Assembly (NCBI GenBank): GCA_963782515.1 | Contig: CAWAJY010000006.1 | Coordinates: 349,988 to 413,987, forward strand | Source: an uncultured Actinomycetes bacterium | GTDB taxonomy: Bacteria; Actinomycetota; Thermoleophilia; Solirubrobacterales; 70-9 | Direction of reading: 5' to 3' | Length of the DNA stretch: 64,000 bases | Part shown: positions 18,736 through 28,099 of the stretch, piece after piece | How positions within the stretch are numbered: position 1 is the stretch's first letter | Layout of the letters: each line of letters begins with the position of its first letter | Made by a program: the position numbers and the translations under genes | The notes under the pieces: generated by a model | Told to the model about the DNA's origin: nothing | The model's database searches: none | The model's input: only the letters and a program-made list of their open reading frames with translations

Positions 18736-20748
18736 GTGAAGCGGCCGCGTCGCCTGCTCGTCCTCGTCTCGTCGCTGCTGCTGCTTGCGCTGACGCCCGC
18801 CGCGGCGGGCGCGGCGCCGAAGGACCACTTCCACGGCGAAGCAAGTGCGAACGCCGCCACCCCGACCGAGTCCGCGGCCGAAGAACTCGCCGAAAAGTAC
18901 GTCCCGATCGTCGAGCTGCGCAAGGAGGAAAACCCTCCCTGCGACACCGCCGAGGAGCAGTACCAGCCGACCTCGGTGGACTCCGTGCTCGGCAACCCGT
19001 CGGTCGAGCTGCAGCACGCCGCCGACGGGGAGTTGACCACCGTCCGCCGCGCACCGAGCGCCGCGGACATCGCCGGGCTGCGCGGCGACTGGTACCTGAA
19101 CCTCGAGGGCCGCGCGCTTGGCGACACCTGTGTCTACGCCAAGGCGTTCAGACAACTGATCGCCGAAGGTAAGGCGCCCGCCGTCACCTACGCCCACATC
19201 GCCCGCGAAAAGGGTCACTCCGGCTTCGCCCTCCAGTACTGGTTCTTCTGGTACTTCAATCAGTTCAACGACCTGCACGAGGGTGACTGGGAGGGCATGC
19301 AGATCACCTTCGAAGCGGGGACGCCGGCGGCGGCGCTGCACGAAGAACCGGCGGAAGTCATCCTCTTCCAGCACGCGGGCGGCGAGCGGGCCTCGTGGGA
19401 AGACGGCAAGGTGCAGAAGGAAGGGACGCACCCGATCGTCTACCCGGCGGCGGGGTCGCACGCGACCTTCTACGACTCCGCGGTGTACGTCGAGAACGGC
19501 CAGCACGGCTCCGGCCTCGGCTGCGACAACACCACCGGACCGCTGCGCGAACTTAAGCTGGCGCCGATCCTGATGCCGAACGGCGTGGTGTCGACCGGCC
19601 CCTTCGCCTGGACCTCCTACTACGGGCGCTGGGGCGAACGCGAAAAGGGCTACAACAACGGGCCGACCGGGCCGCAGACGAAGCACCAGTGGCACGAACC
19701 GTTCGCCTGGATGGCGGCGCAGCGGACCACCAGCCCGCGCCTGCCCGGCGGCACGCTCGCCGGCCCGCAGGTGACGAAGGCGTTCTGCGGCGCCGTCGCC
19801 ACCGCCTCCCAGATCGTCAACCTCGACGCCCAGTCACCCTTCGCCGCGGCGGCGACCGTGATCGTGCTCGCGCTGCTGGTCGTGCTCCTGGTCGCCGTCA
19901 CCCGCTGGCGGCCGGTGGACATCGACACGCTTCGGCGGCGGCGGGCGCTCGGGCAGATCCTCCGCGCGGCGCGCCAGTTCTACGGCCGCCACTGGCGGGT
20001 CCTCATGCCGGTGGCGCTGGCGGCGCTGGTGCTGATCGGGGCGACCAACATCCTCGCCGGGCTGATCTCGGAATCGAACCACGCGGGCGGCTCCGGGATC
20101 AACCTCGCCTGGGCCGACATGCTCGAACAGTTCGTGCGGCCCGTCGCCCAGGCGCTGGTCGCGGCGATCGCGATCGTCGTCGCCCGCGAAGCGCTGCGCG
20201 ACCGCGAGGTGGGCTTCCTCGGCGCGCTGCGCGGCGTGCGCGAGCGCTTCTGGCGGGTGGTCGGCGCCCAGCTCCTGGCGACGCTCGGCGTGCTGGCGCT
20301 GGCGATCACCGTGATCGGCCTCCCCTTCGCGCTCCGGTACCTGGTCGGCTGGTCCTTCGTCCAGCAGGAAGTGCTGTTCACCGACAAGAGCCTCCGCGAG
20401 TCCTTCCGCGGCAGCCTGCGCCTGGTGCGGGGACGCTGGCTCCGCACCGCCCGGGTGATCCTGGTCTTCTACGTGATCGGGGTCGCGACCGGCCCGATCC
20501 TCAGCTTCGCGCTGATCTTCACGGCGCTGCCGCTGATCTGGATCAACCTGCTCGGCTCCTTCGTCTTCGCCCTGCTGATCCCCTTCACCGCCCTCGGCGG
20601 CACCTTCCTCTTCTTCGACCTGAGCGTGCGCGAGGAAGAGGAGGGGGTGACGCCGCGGCGCTCCTGGAAGGTGTGGCGCCCGCGGCAGTTCGGGCGCGTC
20701 GTCCGGTCACCGGGCGTGGATGGTGCGGCTCCCGCGCCGAGCGGATAG
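18736..20748 (+). CDS. secreted Vps62/DUF946-like (GDWE) domain fused to a C-terminal polytopic membrane domain
   Basis: GTG 18736 gives the signal peptide KRPRRLLVLVSSLLLLALTPAAAGA. QYWFFWYFNQFNDLHEGDWEGMQITF resembles the Vps62-family signature. The C-terminal ~300 aa contain about 6 TM helices. Family call is tentative. Confidence 0.5.
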   Translation: MKRPRRLLVLVSSLLLLALTPAAAGAAPKDHFHGEASANAATPTESAAEELAEKYVPIVELRKEENPPCDTAEEQYQPTSVDSVLGNPSVELQHAADGELTTVRRAPSAADIAGLRGDWYLNLEGRALGDTCVYAKAFRQLIAEGKAPAVTYAHIAREKGHSGFALQYWFFWYFNQFNDLHEGDWEGMQITFEAGTPAAALHEEPAEVILFQHAGGERASWEDGKVQKEGTHPIVYPAAGSHATFYDSAVYVENGQHGSGLGCDNTTGPLRELKLAPILMPNGVVSTGPFAWTSYYGRWGEREKGYNNGPTGPQTKHQWHEPFAWMAAQRTTSPRLPGGTLAGPQVTKAFCGAVATASQIVNLDAQSPFAAAATVIVLALLVVLLVAVTRWRPVDIDTLRRRRALGQILRAARQFYGRHWRVLMPVALAALVLIGATNILAGLISESNHAGGSGINLAWADMLEQFVRPVAQALVAAIAIVVAREALRDREVGFLGALRGVRERFWRVVGAQLLATLGVLALAITVIGLPFALRYLVGWSFVQQEVLFTDKSLRESFRGSLRLVRGRWLRTARVILVFYVIGVATGPILSFALIFTALPLIWINLLGSFVFALLIPFTALGGTFLFFDLSVREEEEGVTPRRSWKVWRPRQFGRVVRSPGVDGAAPAPSG

Positions 20749-20758
20749 GTTCCCCGAC

Positions 20759-21355
20759 GTGAAACTGCTTGCCTTCTCCGACCTCCACCGTGACCTCACC
20801 CAGGCGGCCGCGCTGGTCGAGATGTCGGCCGACGCCGACGTCGTGATCGGGGCCGGGGACTTCGCCTCCGTGCACGAAGGGCTGGAGGAGACGATCGGTG
20901 CACTGGCGCCGATCGAGACGCCGACGATCCTCGTGCCGGGGAACAACGAGACGGTCGACGCGCTGCGTGGTGCGGCGGGTGGCTGGCCGGCGGCGACGGT
21001 CCTGCACGGCGAGGGCACCGCGATCGACGGGGTCGAGTTCTTCGGCCTCGGCGCCGGCGTCCCCACCACCCCCTGGGACTGGAGCTTCGACCTCTCCGAG
21101 GAGGAGGCGGCCGGGATGGTCGCCGCGGCGCCGGAGGGCTGCGTCCTCGTCCTCCACTCGCCCCCCTACGGGCACTGCGACGGCGGCGACCCGGACACCC
21201 ACTTCGGCAGCCAGGCCCTGCTGTCGGCGATCGAGGAGAAGCAGCCGCGGCTGGTCGTCTTCGGTCACATCCACGAGGCCTGGGGCTGCGCGAGCACCGT
21301 CGGCATGACGCCGCTGCGCAACCTCGGCCCGAGCGGGACCTGGATCGAGGTCTAG
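20759..21355 (+). CDS. metallophosphoesterase (calcineurin-like)
   Basis: GTG start gives VKLLAFSDLH. GDF, GNNE and GHIH metal-binding motifs in the canonical order. Confidence 0.7.
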   Translation: MKLLAFSDLHRDLTQAAALVEMSADADVVIGAGDFASVHEGLEETIGALAPIETPTILVPGNNETVDALRGAAGGWPAATVLHGEGTAIDGVEFFGLGAGVPTTPWDWSFDLSEEEAAGMVAAAPEGCVLVLHSPPYGHCDGGDPDTHFGSQALLSAIEEKQPRLVVFGHIHEAWGCASTVGMTPLRNLGPSGTWIEV

Positions 21356-22909
21356 GTGAAAAGCTCGGCACCCGCCCGCGCGGGGCTGGTGCTGGCGACG
21401 CTGATCGGCGTCGCCGGGGTCGCCAACCTGAACCTGGCGGTGGCGAACGTCGCCCTGCCGGACATCGGCGCGCACTTCGACGCCGGGCAGACGATGGTCG
21501 ACCTGATCGCGGTCGGCTACTCGCTCGGGCTGGCGGCATCGGTGCTCTACCTCGGCGCGATCGGCGACCGCTACGGGCGCAAGACCCTGCTGGTGCTGGG
21601 GATGGGGCTGACGATCCCGGCCTCGATCCTCGCCTCGATCGCCCCGACCGCGGAAGTGCTATTCCTCGCCCGCGTCTTCGGCGGGGTCGCCGCCGGGATG
21701 GCCTACCCGACCACGCTCGCGTTGATCACGGCGCTCTGGTCGGGCCCCGAACGGACCAAGTCGATCGCACTCTGGTCGGCGCTCGGCGGCGGCATGTCGG
21801 CGCTCGGGCCGCTGCTCGCCGGGGCACTCCTGGAAGGCTTCGACTGGTGGTCGGTCTTCATCGTCAGCGCCCCGCTGGCCGCGATCGCCCTCGTCTTCGC
21901 CTGGCGCTACGTCCCCGCCCACGTCAACGAGACGACCGAGCCGGTCGACCACCTCGGCGGCATCCTCTCGATCGCCATGGTCGGCACGCTGGTGCTGGCG
22001 ATCAACCTGGCGCCGGAACCCGGCAAGGGGACGACGGCGGTGATCCTCGGCATCGTCGCGGTGGCGGCGATCGGCGCGTTCGTCCTGCGCCAGCGGCGCA
22101 CTTCCCACCCCTTGTACGACCTCCACGTCGCCGCCCGGCCGACCTTCTGGGTGGCGGCGCTCGCCGGGATCATCGTCTTCGGCTCGCTGATGGGAGCGAT
22201 GTTCATCGGCCAGCAGTTCGTCCAGAACGTGCTCGGCTACTCGACCCTCCAGGCCGGCCTGGCGATCCTCCCCGGCGCGATCGGGATGATCATCGTCGCC
22301 CCCCAGTCGGCGAAGCTGGTCGAGGCGCGCGGCTCGCGCTTCACCCTGCTGGTCGGGGACACCTTCTGCCTGCTCGCCTTCCTCGTGATGTTCCTCCTCT
22401 GGGACGAAGGGGCCTCCTACCTCCCGGTCGGCCTCGGCTTCCTCTTCATGGGTATCGGGGTGGGCTTCGCCGGCACCCCGGCCTCGCGGTCCCTGACCGG
22501 CTCGGTCCCGGTGAAGAAGGCCGGGATGGCTTCGGGGACGGCCGACCTCCAGCGCGATCTGGGCGGCGCCATCCTGCAGTCGGTCTTCGGCGCCCTCCTG
22601 ACCGCCGGGTACGCCAAGTCGTTCACCGAACAGATCGCCGCCTCCCCGCACGCCGCGAGCGTCAGCGAAAAGGTGCAGAACGAACTCACCAAGTCCTTCT
22701 CCAGCGCCGCGAACACCGCCCAGCAATATCCCGAATACGCCACGGCGATCGCCGCCGCCGCCCGCACGTCCTTCCTCGACGGCGGCGACTGGACCTACGC
22801 CGCGGGCATGATCGCGGTCGCCGCCGGCATCTGCGTCGTCTTCTTCCTCTTCCCCAAGCACGACCGCGAGCTCTCGCTCCTGGACGAGTACCACGCCGAG
22901 GACGCATAG
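21356..22909 (+). CDS. MFS transporter, DHA2-type
   Basis: 517 aa, GTG start directly after the preceding TAG. NLAVANVALPDIG and GDRYGRK motifs. About 14 TMS. Confidence 0.8.
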   Translation: MKSSAPARAGLVLATLIGVAGVANLNLAVANVALPDIGAHFDAGQTMVDLIAVGYSLGLAASVLYLGAIGDRYGRKTLLVLGMGLTIPASILASIAPTAEVLFLARVFGGVAAGMAYPTTLALITALWSGPERTKSIALWSALGGGMSALGPLLAGALLEGFDWWSVFIVSAPLAAIALVFAWRYVPAHVNETTEPVDHLGGILSIAMVGTLVLAINLAPEPGKGTTAVILGIVAVAAIGAFVLRQRRTSHPLYDLHVAARPTFWVAALAGIIVFGSLMGAMFIGQQFVQNVLGYSTLQAGLAILPGAIGMIIVAPQSAKLVEARGSRFTLLVGDTFCLLAFLVMFLLWDEGASYLPVGLGFLFMGIGVGFAGTPASRSLTGSVPVKKAGMASGTADLQRDLGGAILQSVFGALLTAGYAKSFTEQIAASPHAASVSEKVQNELTKSFSSAANTAQQYPEYATAIAAAARTSFLDGGDWTYAAGMIAVAAGICVVFFLFPKHDRELSLLDEYHAEDA

Positions 22910-22948
22910 CGGGGTCCGTCGGACCCCCCGCCCGGCTAACCTCGTCGG

Positions 22949-24457
22949 GTGGAGGGGAACTCGTCCGGCGTCGCGTTTTCGAGTGGGGCCGGCCGCTGGC
23001 TGCTGGCGGCGACGATCGCCGGATCGGGGATGGCGTTCCTCGATTCGACCGTGGTGAACGTGGCGCTGCCGAAGATCGGCGAGGATCTGAACGCGTCGAC
23101 CAGCTCCCTGCAGTGGATCCTGAACGGCTACCTGCTGACGCTCGCCTCGCTGATCCTGCTGGGCGGGAGCCTCGGCGACCGGCTCGGGCGGCGGCGGGTC
23201 TTTCAGGCCGGGGTCATGCTCTTCACCCTCGCCTCACTGCTCTGCGCGGTGGCGCCGAACGTCGAGCTGCTCATCTTCGCCCGGCTGGTCCAGGGGATCG
23301 GCGGGGCGCTGCTGACGCCGGGCAGCCTGGCGATCATCGAGGCGAGCTTCCGCCCCGCCGACCGGGCGCGGGCGATCGGAGCGTGGTCGGGGCTGGGCGG
23401 CGTCGCGGGCGCACTCGGCCCGCTGGTCGGCGGCTGGCTGATCGGCGCGATCTCCTGGCGGGCGATCTTCCTGATCAACCTGCCGCTCGGCGCCTTCGTC
23501 GTCTGGGCGGCGGCGCGCCACGTCCCCGAGTCGCGTGACCCGAGCGCGACCGGCAGGCTCGACCTCGGCGGGGCGGTGCTGGCCGCGGTCGGGCTCGGCG
23601 GCACCACCTACGCGCTGATCGAGGCGCCGGAAGGGGGCGGGCTCGCGGTCGTCGTCACCGCGGTGATCGGCGTCGGCGCCCTGATCGGCTTCTTCTGGCA
23701 GGAGCGCCACAGCGCCAACCCGATGCTGCCGCTCTCGATCTTCCGCTCGCGCGAGTTCAGCGCCGCCAACGCGGTCACCTTCGTCGTCTACGCGGCGCTC
23801 GGCATCGTCTTCTTCCTGCTCGTCAGCTTCCTCCAGATCTCGATGGGCTACTCGCCGATCGCGGCCGGTTCCGCCTCGCTGCCGGTGACCGCGCTGATGC
23901 TGGTCGGCTCGGCGCGGGCGGGCGCGCTGGCCCAACGGATCGGACCGCGCGTGCCACTCACCGTCGGCCCGCTGATCATCGCCGCAGGCCTGCTGCTGAT
24001 GCTGCGGATCAATCCCGGTGACAGCTACGTCTCGACGGTCCTCCCCGCCGTCATCGTCTTCGGCATCGGCCTCACCCTGGTGGTCGCGCCGGTCACCGCG
24101 ACGGTGATGGCGGCGGTCGACTCGGCCAACTCGGGGATCGCCTCGGGCGTCAACAACGCGGTCGCGCGAGTCGCGGGCCTCCTGGCGGTCGCGGTGATCC
24201 CAACCATCGCCGGGCTGACCGGGGACCAGTTCTACGACCCGGACAAGATGACCCACGGCTTCCACGTCGGCATGATCGTCGGCGCGGCGCTGTCCCTCAT
24301 CGGCGCGGCCGTCGCCTGGACGACGATCTCCGCCGACGTCCTCCACGATGAGGAGGACAAGGAGCCGGAGGAGTGCTTCAGCTGCGGCATCGGCGCCCCC
24401 ACCCTGAGCGCCCCCCGCGAGCCCGTCCCGGCCCCAGAGCTCACCGGCGGCGGGTAG
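22949..24457 (+). CDS. MFS transporter, DHA2/EmrB-type
   Basis: 502 aa. FLDSTVVNVALPKIG and GSLGDRLGRRRV motifs. About 14 TMS. Confidence 0.8.
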   Translation: MEGNSSGVAFSSGAGRWLLAATIAGSGMAFLDSTVVNVALPKIGEDLNASTSSLQWILNGYLLTLASLILLGGSLGDRLGRRRVFQAGVMLFTLASLLCAVAPNVELLIFARLVQGIGGALLTPGSLAIIEASFRPADRARAIGAWSGLGGVAGALGPLVGGWLIGAISWRAIFLINLPLGAFVVWAAARHVPESRDPSATGRLDLGGAVLAAVGLGGTTYALIEAPEGGGLAVVVTAVIGVGALIGFFWQERHSANPMLPLSIFRSREFSAANAVTFVVYAALGIVFFLLVSFLQISMGYSPIAAGSASLPVTALMLVGSARAGALAQRIGPRVPLTVGPLIIAAGLLLMLRINPGDSYVSTVLPAVIVFGIGLTLVVAPVTATVMAAVDSANSGIASGVNNAVARVAGLLAVAVIPTIAGLTGDQFYDPDKMTHGFHVGMIVGAALSLIGAAVAWTTISADVLHDEEDKEPEECFSCGIGAPTLSAPREPVPAPELTGGG

Positions 24458-24507
24458 GTCGCGATTCCGTAAGCACCGGGTGCGCGGTCGTCCGTTGGGC
24501 AGGGGGT

Positions 24508-25124
24508 GGGACGTAGGGTCGACCGCGGTGGAGGTTCGGGCCTCGCAAGCCGGCGCCCCGGGACAAAGGACGCAAGGGCCTGCGGCGAGCGCGGCCGTCT
24601 CGGCCACGGCCCTGGCCGGCTGTGGCCGCGGCCGAGACGGCCGGGTCTTGTGGGGAGTGACGAGGATCGTCGGGTGCGGGTCACGCGGGCGCATAAGAGG
24701 GACGCGGGTCCCGCGAGGCGCACGGGAGGCACACGGATCCGTGACGGAAGCCGTACCTCGTCACGGAGACCGTGGGAACTCCACGCTTCCGTGCGTCTCG
24801 TCCGACGGTCACGGAGGCGCGGGCGACCCTGGTTACGCATAGGTTCACTCAGGTCGCCCGCACTCCCGGGGACCTCGATCCCGGTGCCGGGAGGTGACCC
24901 GGAGCGCACGGGGGTGTGACGTTCCCGGCATCTTCGTCACGGATCGGGGCGAGGTCGGGGTAGGTGTGGGCTCTCCCCGGCTTCTCTCGCGCGGGAGGGT
25001 GACGGATGTTTCACGAACCCCTCACGTCCTGGGCGTCTCATGGCGGTCACAGCCTGCCAGGACCGCCATGAGACGCCCAGGACCGATCTCGGACGGCCGG
25101 GGCGGCCGGAAGCACGGCCGTCCC
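24508..25124 (+). repeat. mosaic hairpin repeat, locus E (type II, forward, longest copy)
   Basis: M1 24508-24592 (with an insertion). M2 24593-24642. Core with cacggatccgtg palindrome 24730-24815. VH1 24819-24861. Small conserved hairpin 24916-24940. M4 25026-25083 (23-bp perfect stem). M5 25090-25124. Lies between convergent gene ends. Confidence 0.85.
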
Positions 25125-25148
25125 GCGCCTCCACCCCCACCTCACCCC

Positions 25149-25949
25149 TCAGATCGTGAGCCCACCGTCCACCGGAACGGTCGCGCCGGTGATGCCGCTG
25201 CCGCCGGGGCCGAGGAGGAAGGCGATCGTCGCCGCTACCTCGTCGGGTCGGAGGAGGCGCTCCAGGGGTTGGCGGGGGGCGAAGTCGCGGGGCGAGGGCA
25301 ATTCGAAGAGGCGGGCGGACTCGGCGAGGAGCGGGGTGTCGGTCGAGCCGGGGGCGATCGCGTTGGCGGTGACGCCGCTTCCGTGGAGGTCGGCGGCGAG
25401 GCCGCGGATGAAGCCGACGACGCCGGCCTTGGCGGCGCTGTAGGCGGCGAGGCCCTGCATGGCACGGGCGGCGCCGGAGGAGGTGACGGCGACGAAGCGG
25501 CCGGAGCGCGGTCGCGGTCGTCCCAGGAGCGTCGGGACGACGAGGCGGGCGGCGAGCATCACCGCCTCGAGGTTGACCTCCAGCAGGGCCCGCTGCTCGT
25601 CCGCCCGCAGTTCCCAGGCGGGGACGCCGCCGGCGATCACGCCCGCGTTGGCGACGAAGGCGTCGAGGTCACCCCAGGTTTCGGCACCCTCGACCACGGC
25701 GGCGAGGGCGTCGCGGTCGCTCGCGTCGGCGACCACGGCGCGCGCCACGTCCTCACGTCCCGCCAGCTTCTCCGCCGTCGCCACCGCTTCGGCGAGGTCG
25801 CGCTCGCTCGCCATCGCGTAGGGCAAGCGGCTGTCCGGGGCGCAACGATCGACGGCGACGACGCTCCACCCGTCGGCGGCGAGCGCGGCCACCGTCGCCG
25901 CGCCGATCCCCCGCCCCGCCCCGGTGACGATCGCCACCCGCCGGTTCAA
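25149..25949 (-). CDS. SDR family oxidoreductase (resembles a mycofactocin-coupled SDR subfamily)
   Basis: Only in-frame start before the Rossmann motif is TTG 25949 (MNRRVAIVTGAGRGIGAA). DRCAPDSRLPYAMASERDL insert. YSAAK catalytic motif. Subfamily call is from memory. Confidence 0.65.
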   Translation of the reverse strand: MNRRVAIVTGAGRGIGAATVAALAADGWSVVAVDRCAPDSRLPYAMASERDLAEAVATAEKLAGREDVARAVVADASDRDALAAVVEGAETWGDLDAFVANAGVIAGGVPAWELRADEQRALLEVNLEAVMLAARLVVPTLLGRPRPRSGRFVAVTSSGAARAMQGLAAYSAAKAGVVGFIRGLAADLHGSGVTANAIAPGSTDTPLLAESARLFELPSPRDFAPRQPLERLLRPDEVAATIAFLLGPGGSGITGATVPVDGGLTI

Positions 25950-25957
25950 AACACCAT

Positions 25958-26006
25958 GTTGATGGGCCGAAAACCGGACATATAGACGGGTTTTCGGCCC
26001 ATCAAC
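25958..26006 (-). terminator. perfect 18-bp hairpin with AT-rich loop between the CoA-transferase stop and the SDR start
   Basis: gttgatgggccgaaaacc (25958-25975) pairs with ggttttcggcccatcaac (25989-26006). Loop ggacatatagacg. Overlaps the stop codon at 26002-26004. Confidence 0.5.
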
Positions 26007-27039
26007 GGGGAGGGTCGGGGACGGTGACGCTGAAGCGGGGGGCCGGGGCTGGTTGGGGGATGCCGTCGACGTCGACGAAGACGCCGCGGTCGCGGTTGTG
26101 GCCGTCCTCGCGCGCCTCGCGCATCGAGAGCACCGGGGCGACGCAGCAGTCGGAGTCGGCGAAAAGCTCATGCCACTCGTCCCGGGTGCGCTCGGCGAAC
26201 TTGGCGGTGAAGCGCTCGCGGATCACGGGCCAGGTGGCCGGGTCGAGGTGGTTGGCGATCTCCTCGTCGCCCGCCATCCCGAGCGCCTCCAGCAGCGCCG
26301 CGTAGAACTGCGGCTCGAGCGCCCCGACCGCGACCCACCCGCCGTCGGCGCAACGGTAGGTGTCGTAGAAGGGCGCGCCGCCGTCGAGCAGGTTGACGCC
26401 GCGCTCATCGCGCCAGGCGCCCTGCTCGAGGAAGCCGTGCAGCATGCCGGTGACCGAGACGGCGCCGTCGACGATCGCCGCGTCGACCACCTGACCGACC
26501 CCCCCGGCCCGCGCGTGCAGCAACGCGCCGAGCACGCCGACGACGAGGTAGGTGGCGCCCGCGCCGAAGTCCCCGAGCAGGTTGACGGGCGGGACCGGCT
26601 TGCGGTCCGGCTCGCCCACCATGTGGAGCGCGCCCGAGATCGCCAGGTAGGTGATGTCGTGGCCGGCGGTGTGGGCATAGCGGCCCGACTGTCCCCAGCC
26701 GGTCATCCGGCCGTAGACCAGCGCCGGGTTGCGACCGAGGCACTCCTCGGGCCCGAGGCCGAGGCGCTCCATCACGCCCGGGCGGAAGCCCTCGATCAGG
26801 ACCTCCGCCGCCGCGATCAGCCCGAGCACCTCTTCGACGCCCTCGGCCGACTTGAGGTCGACCTGGCGCGCGTCCCGGCCGCGGTCGAGCACCGGCGAGG
26901 CGCCCCAGGCCAGGCCGCCGCCCCGCGGTCGTTCGATCCGCGTCACCTCGGCGCCGAGGTCGGCGAGCATCATCCCGGCGAAGGAGATCGGCCCGATCCC
27001 GGCCATCTCCACGACCTTCACCCCCTGCAGCGGCCCCAT
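26002..27039 (-). CDS. family III CoA-transferase (CaiB/BaiF; alpha-methylacyl-CoA racemase-like)
   Basis: 345 aa. The N-terminus MGPLQGVKVVEMAGIGPISFAGMMLADLGAEVTRIERP is typical of MCR/AMACR-type members. Confidence 0.8.
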   Translation of the reverse strand: MGPLQGVKVVEMAGIGPISFAGMMLADLGAEVTRIERPRGGGLAWGASPVLDRGRDARQVDLKSAEGVEEVLGLIAAAEVLIEGFRPGVMERLGLGPEECLGRNPALVYGRMTGWGQSGRYAHTAGHDITYLAISGALHMVGEPDRKPVPPVNLLGDFGAGATYLVVGVLGALLHARAGGVGQVVDAAIVDGAVSVTGMLHGFLEQGAWRDERGVNLLDGGAPFYDTYRCADGGWVAVGALEPQFYAALLEALGMAGDEEIANHLDPATWPVIRERFTAKFAERTRDEWHELFADSDCCVAPVLSMREAREDGHNRDRGVFVDVDGIPQPAPAPRFSVTVPDPPR

Positions 27040-27183
27040 CGGTGCAGCCTAGGAGAACGGCCGCCTTTGTGCGAATCACCAAAGCGCCGCGGGCAGGTTC
27101 GGGGCGGACACACCGACCGTCGCTACGGTCGCGTCGTGGATCAACAGGGACGGCACGGGACGTCGCCCCGCGTAGGAGGAACG

Positions 27184-27609
27184 ATGAGCGCTGCCGAGAC
27201 CGGAACGAGCCAGGAGGCTCAGAACAAAGCGCTGGTGACCGAGTTCATGGAGGTCTTCAGCAAGGGTGAAGTCGACGAGATCCTGGAGATGATGGACGAC
27301 TCGGCCACCTGGTGGGTCGCGGGGACCCTCGAGGGCATCTCCGGCACCAAAGACAAGAAGGGCTTCGGCGAAATGCTCGGCGGCATCTCCGAGGGATGCG
27401 AGGGCGGCGCGATCCGCCTCACCCCCCTTGCCTGGACCGCCGAGGGCGACCGTGTCGCGGTCGAGACCGAAAGCTACGCCGACGTCAAGAACGGCCGCAC
27501 CTACAACAACCTCTACCACTTCGTCTTCGAGGTCCGCGACGGCAAGATCCAGAGCGTCAAAGAGTTCCTCGACACCGAGCACACCGCCGCCGTCTTCCTC
27601 GCTCCCTAG
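27184..27609 (+). CDS. SnoaL-like / NTF2-fold protein
   Basis: 141 aa with a GTAGGAGGA RBS. NKALVTEFMEVFSKGEVDEILEMM...WWV pattern of SnoaL-like polyketide cyclase-fold proteins. Confidence 0.7.
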   Translation: MSAAETGTSQEAQNKALVTEFMEVFSKGEVDEILEMMDDSATWWVAGTLEGISGTKDKKGFGEMLGGISEGCEGGAIRLTPLAWTAEGDRVAVETESYADVKNGRTYNNLYHFVFEVRDGKIQSVKEFLDTEHTAAVFLAP

Positions 27610-27629
27610 CTCTCCCCCAACGCCCGACC

Positions 27630-27670
27630 CCCCGCGCGCCGGTTCCCGGATCGGGAGCCGGCGCGCGGGG
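27630..27670 (+). terminator. GC-rich hairpin after the SnoaL-like gene
   Basis: ccccgcgcgccgg (27630-27642) pairs with ccggcgcgcgggg (27658-27670), with inner cccg/cggg pairing. No U tract. Confidence 0.45.
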
Positions 27671-27681
27671 GTGCGCGGGGA

Positions 27682-28099
27682 GGGACGGGCCGGAGGAAGC
27701 CGGCGCCCGAGGTGAGGGACGCAAGGGCTGGCGGCGAGCGCGGCCGTCTCGGCCACGGCCCTGGCCGGCTGTGGCCGCGGCCGAGACGGCCGGGTATGAA
27801 AGCGGCGGAGGAACCGTGACGTCGATGAGGGAGACGCCACGAAGTCCACACTTCCTCCCGGGTTCTTCCACTGTCCGACGCCGCCGCCGGCAACCCTTAG
27901 ACCTTGGTAGCCCTGTGGGCTACCAAGGTCTAAGGGTTGGGTTCCGGCCCATCGAGGCAATCACGGGAGTCCGGACTTCGTGCCGTCCCTGTGCCCGTTG
28001 TTTCACGAACCCCTCACGTCCTGGGCGTCTCATGGCGGTCCTGGCAAGCTGTGACAGCCATGAGACGCCCAGGACCGATCTCGGACGGCCGGAGCGGCC
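27682..28099 (+). repeat. mosaic hairpin repeat, locus G (type I: M1-M2-core fragment-M3-M4-truncated M5)
   Basis: M1 27682-27741. M2 27742-27791. M3 27894-27936 (loop ctgtg). M4 28018-28075 with an inverted loop (ctggcaagctgt). The M5 stub 28082-28099 runs into the stop codon of the RibBA-like gene. Confidence 0.85.
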
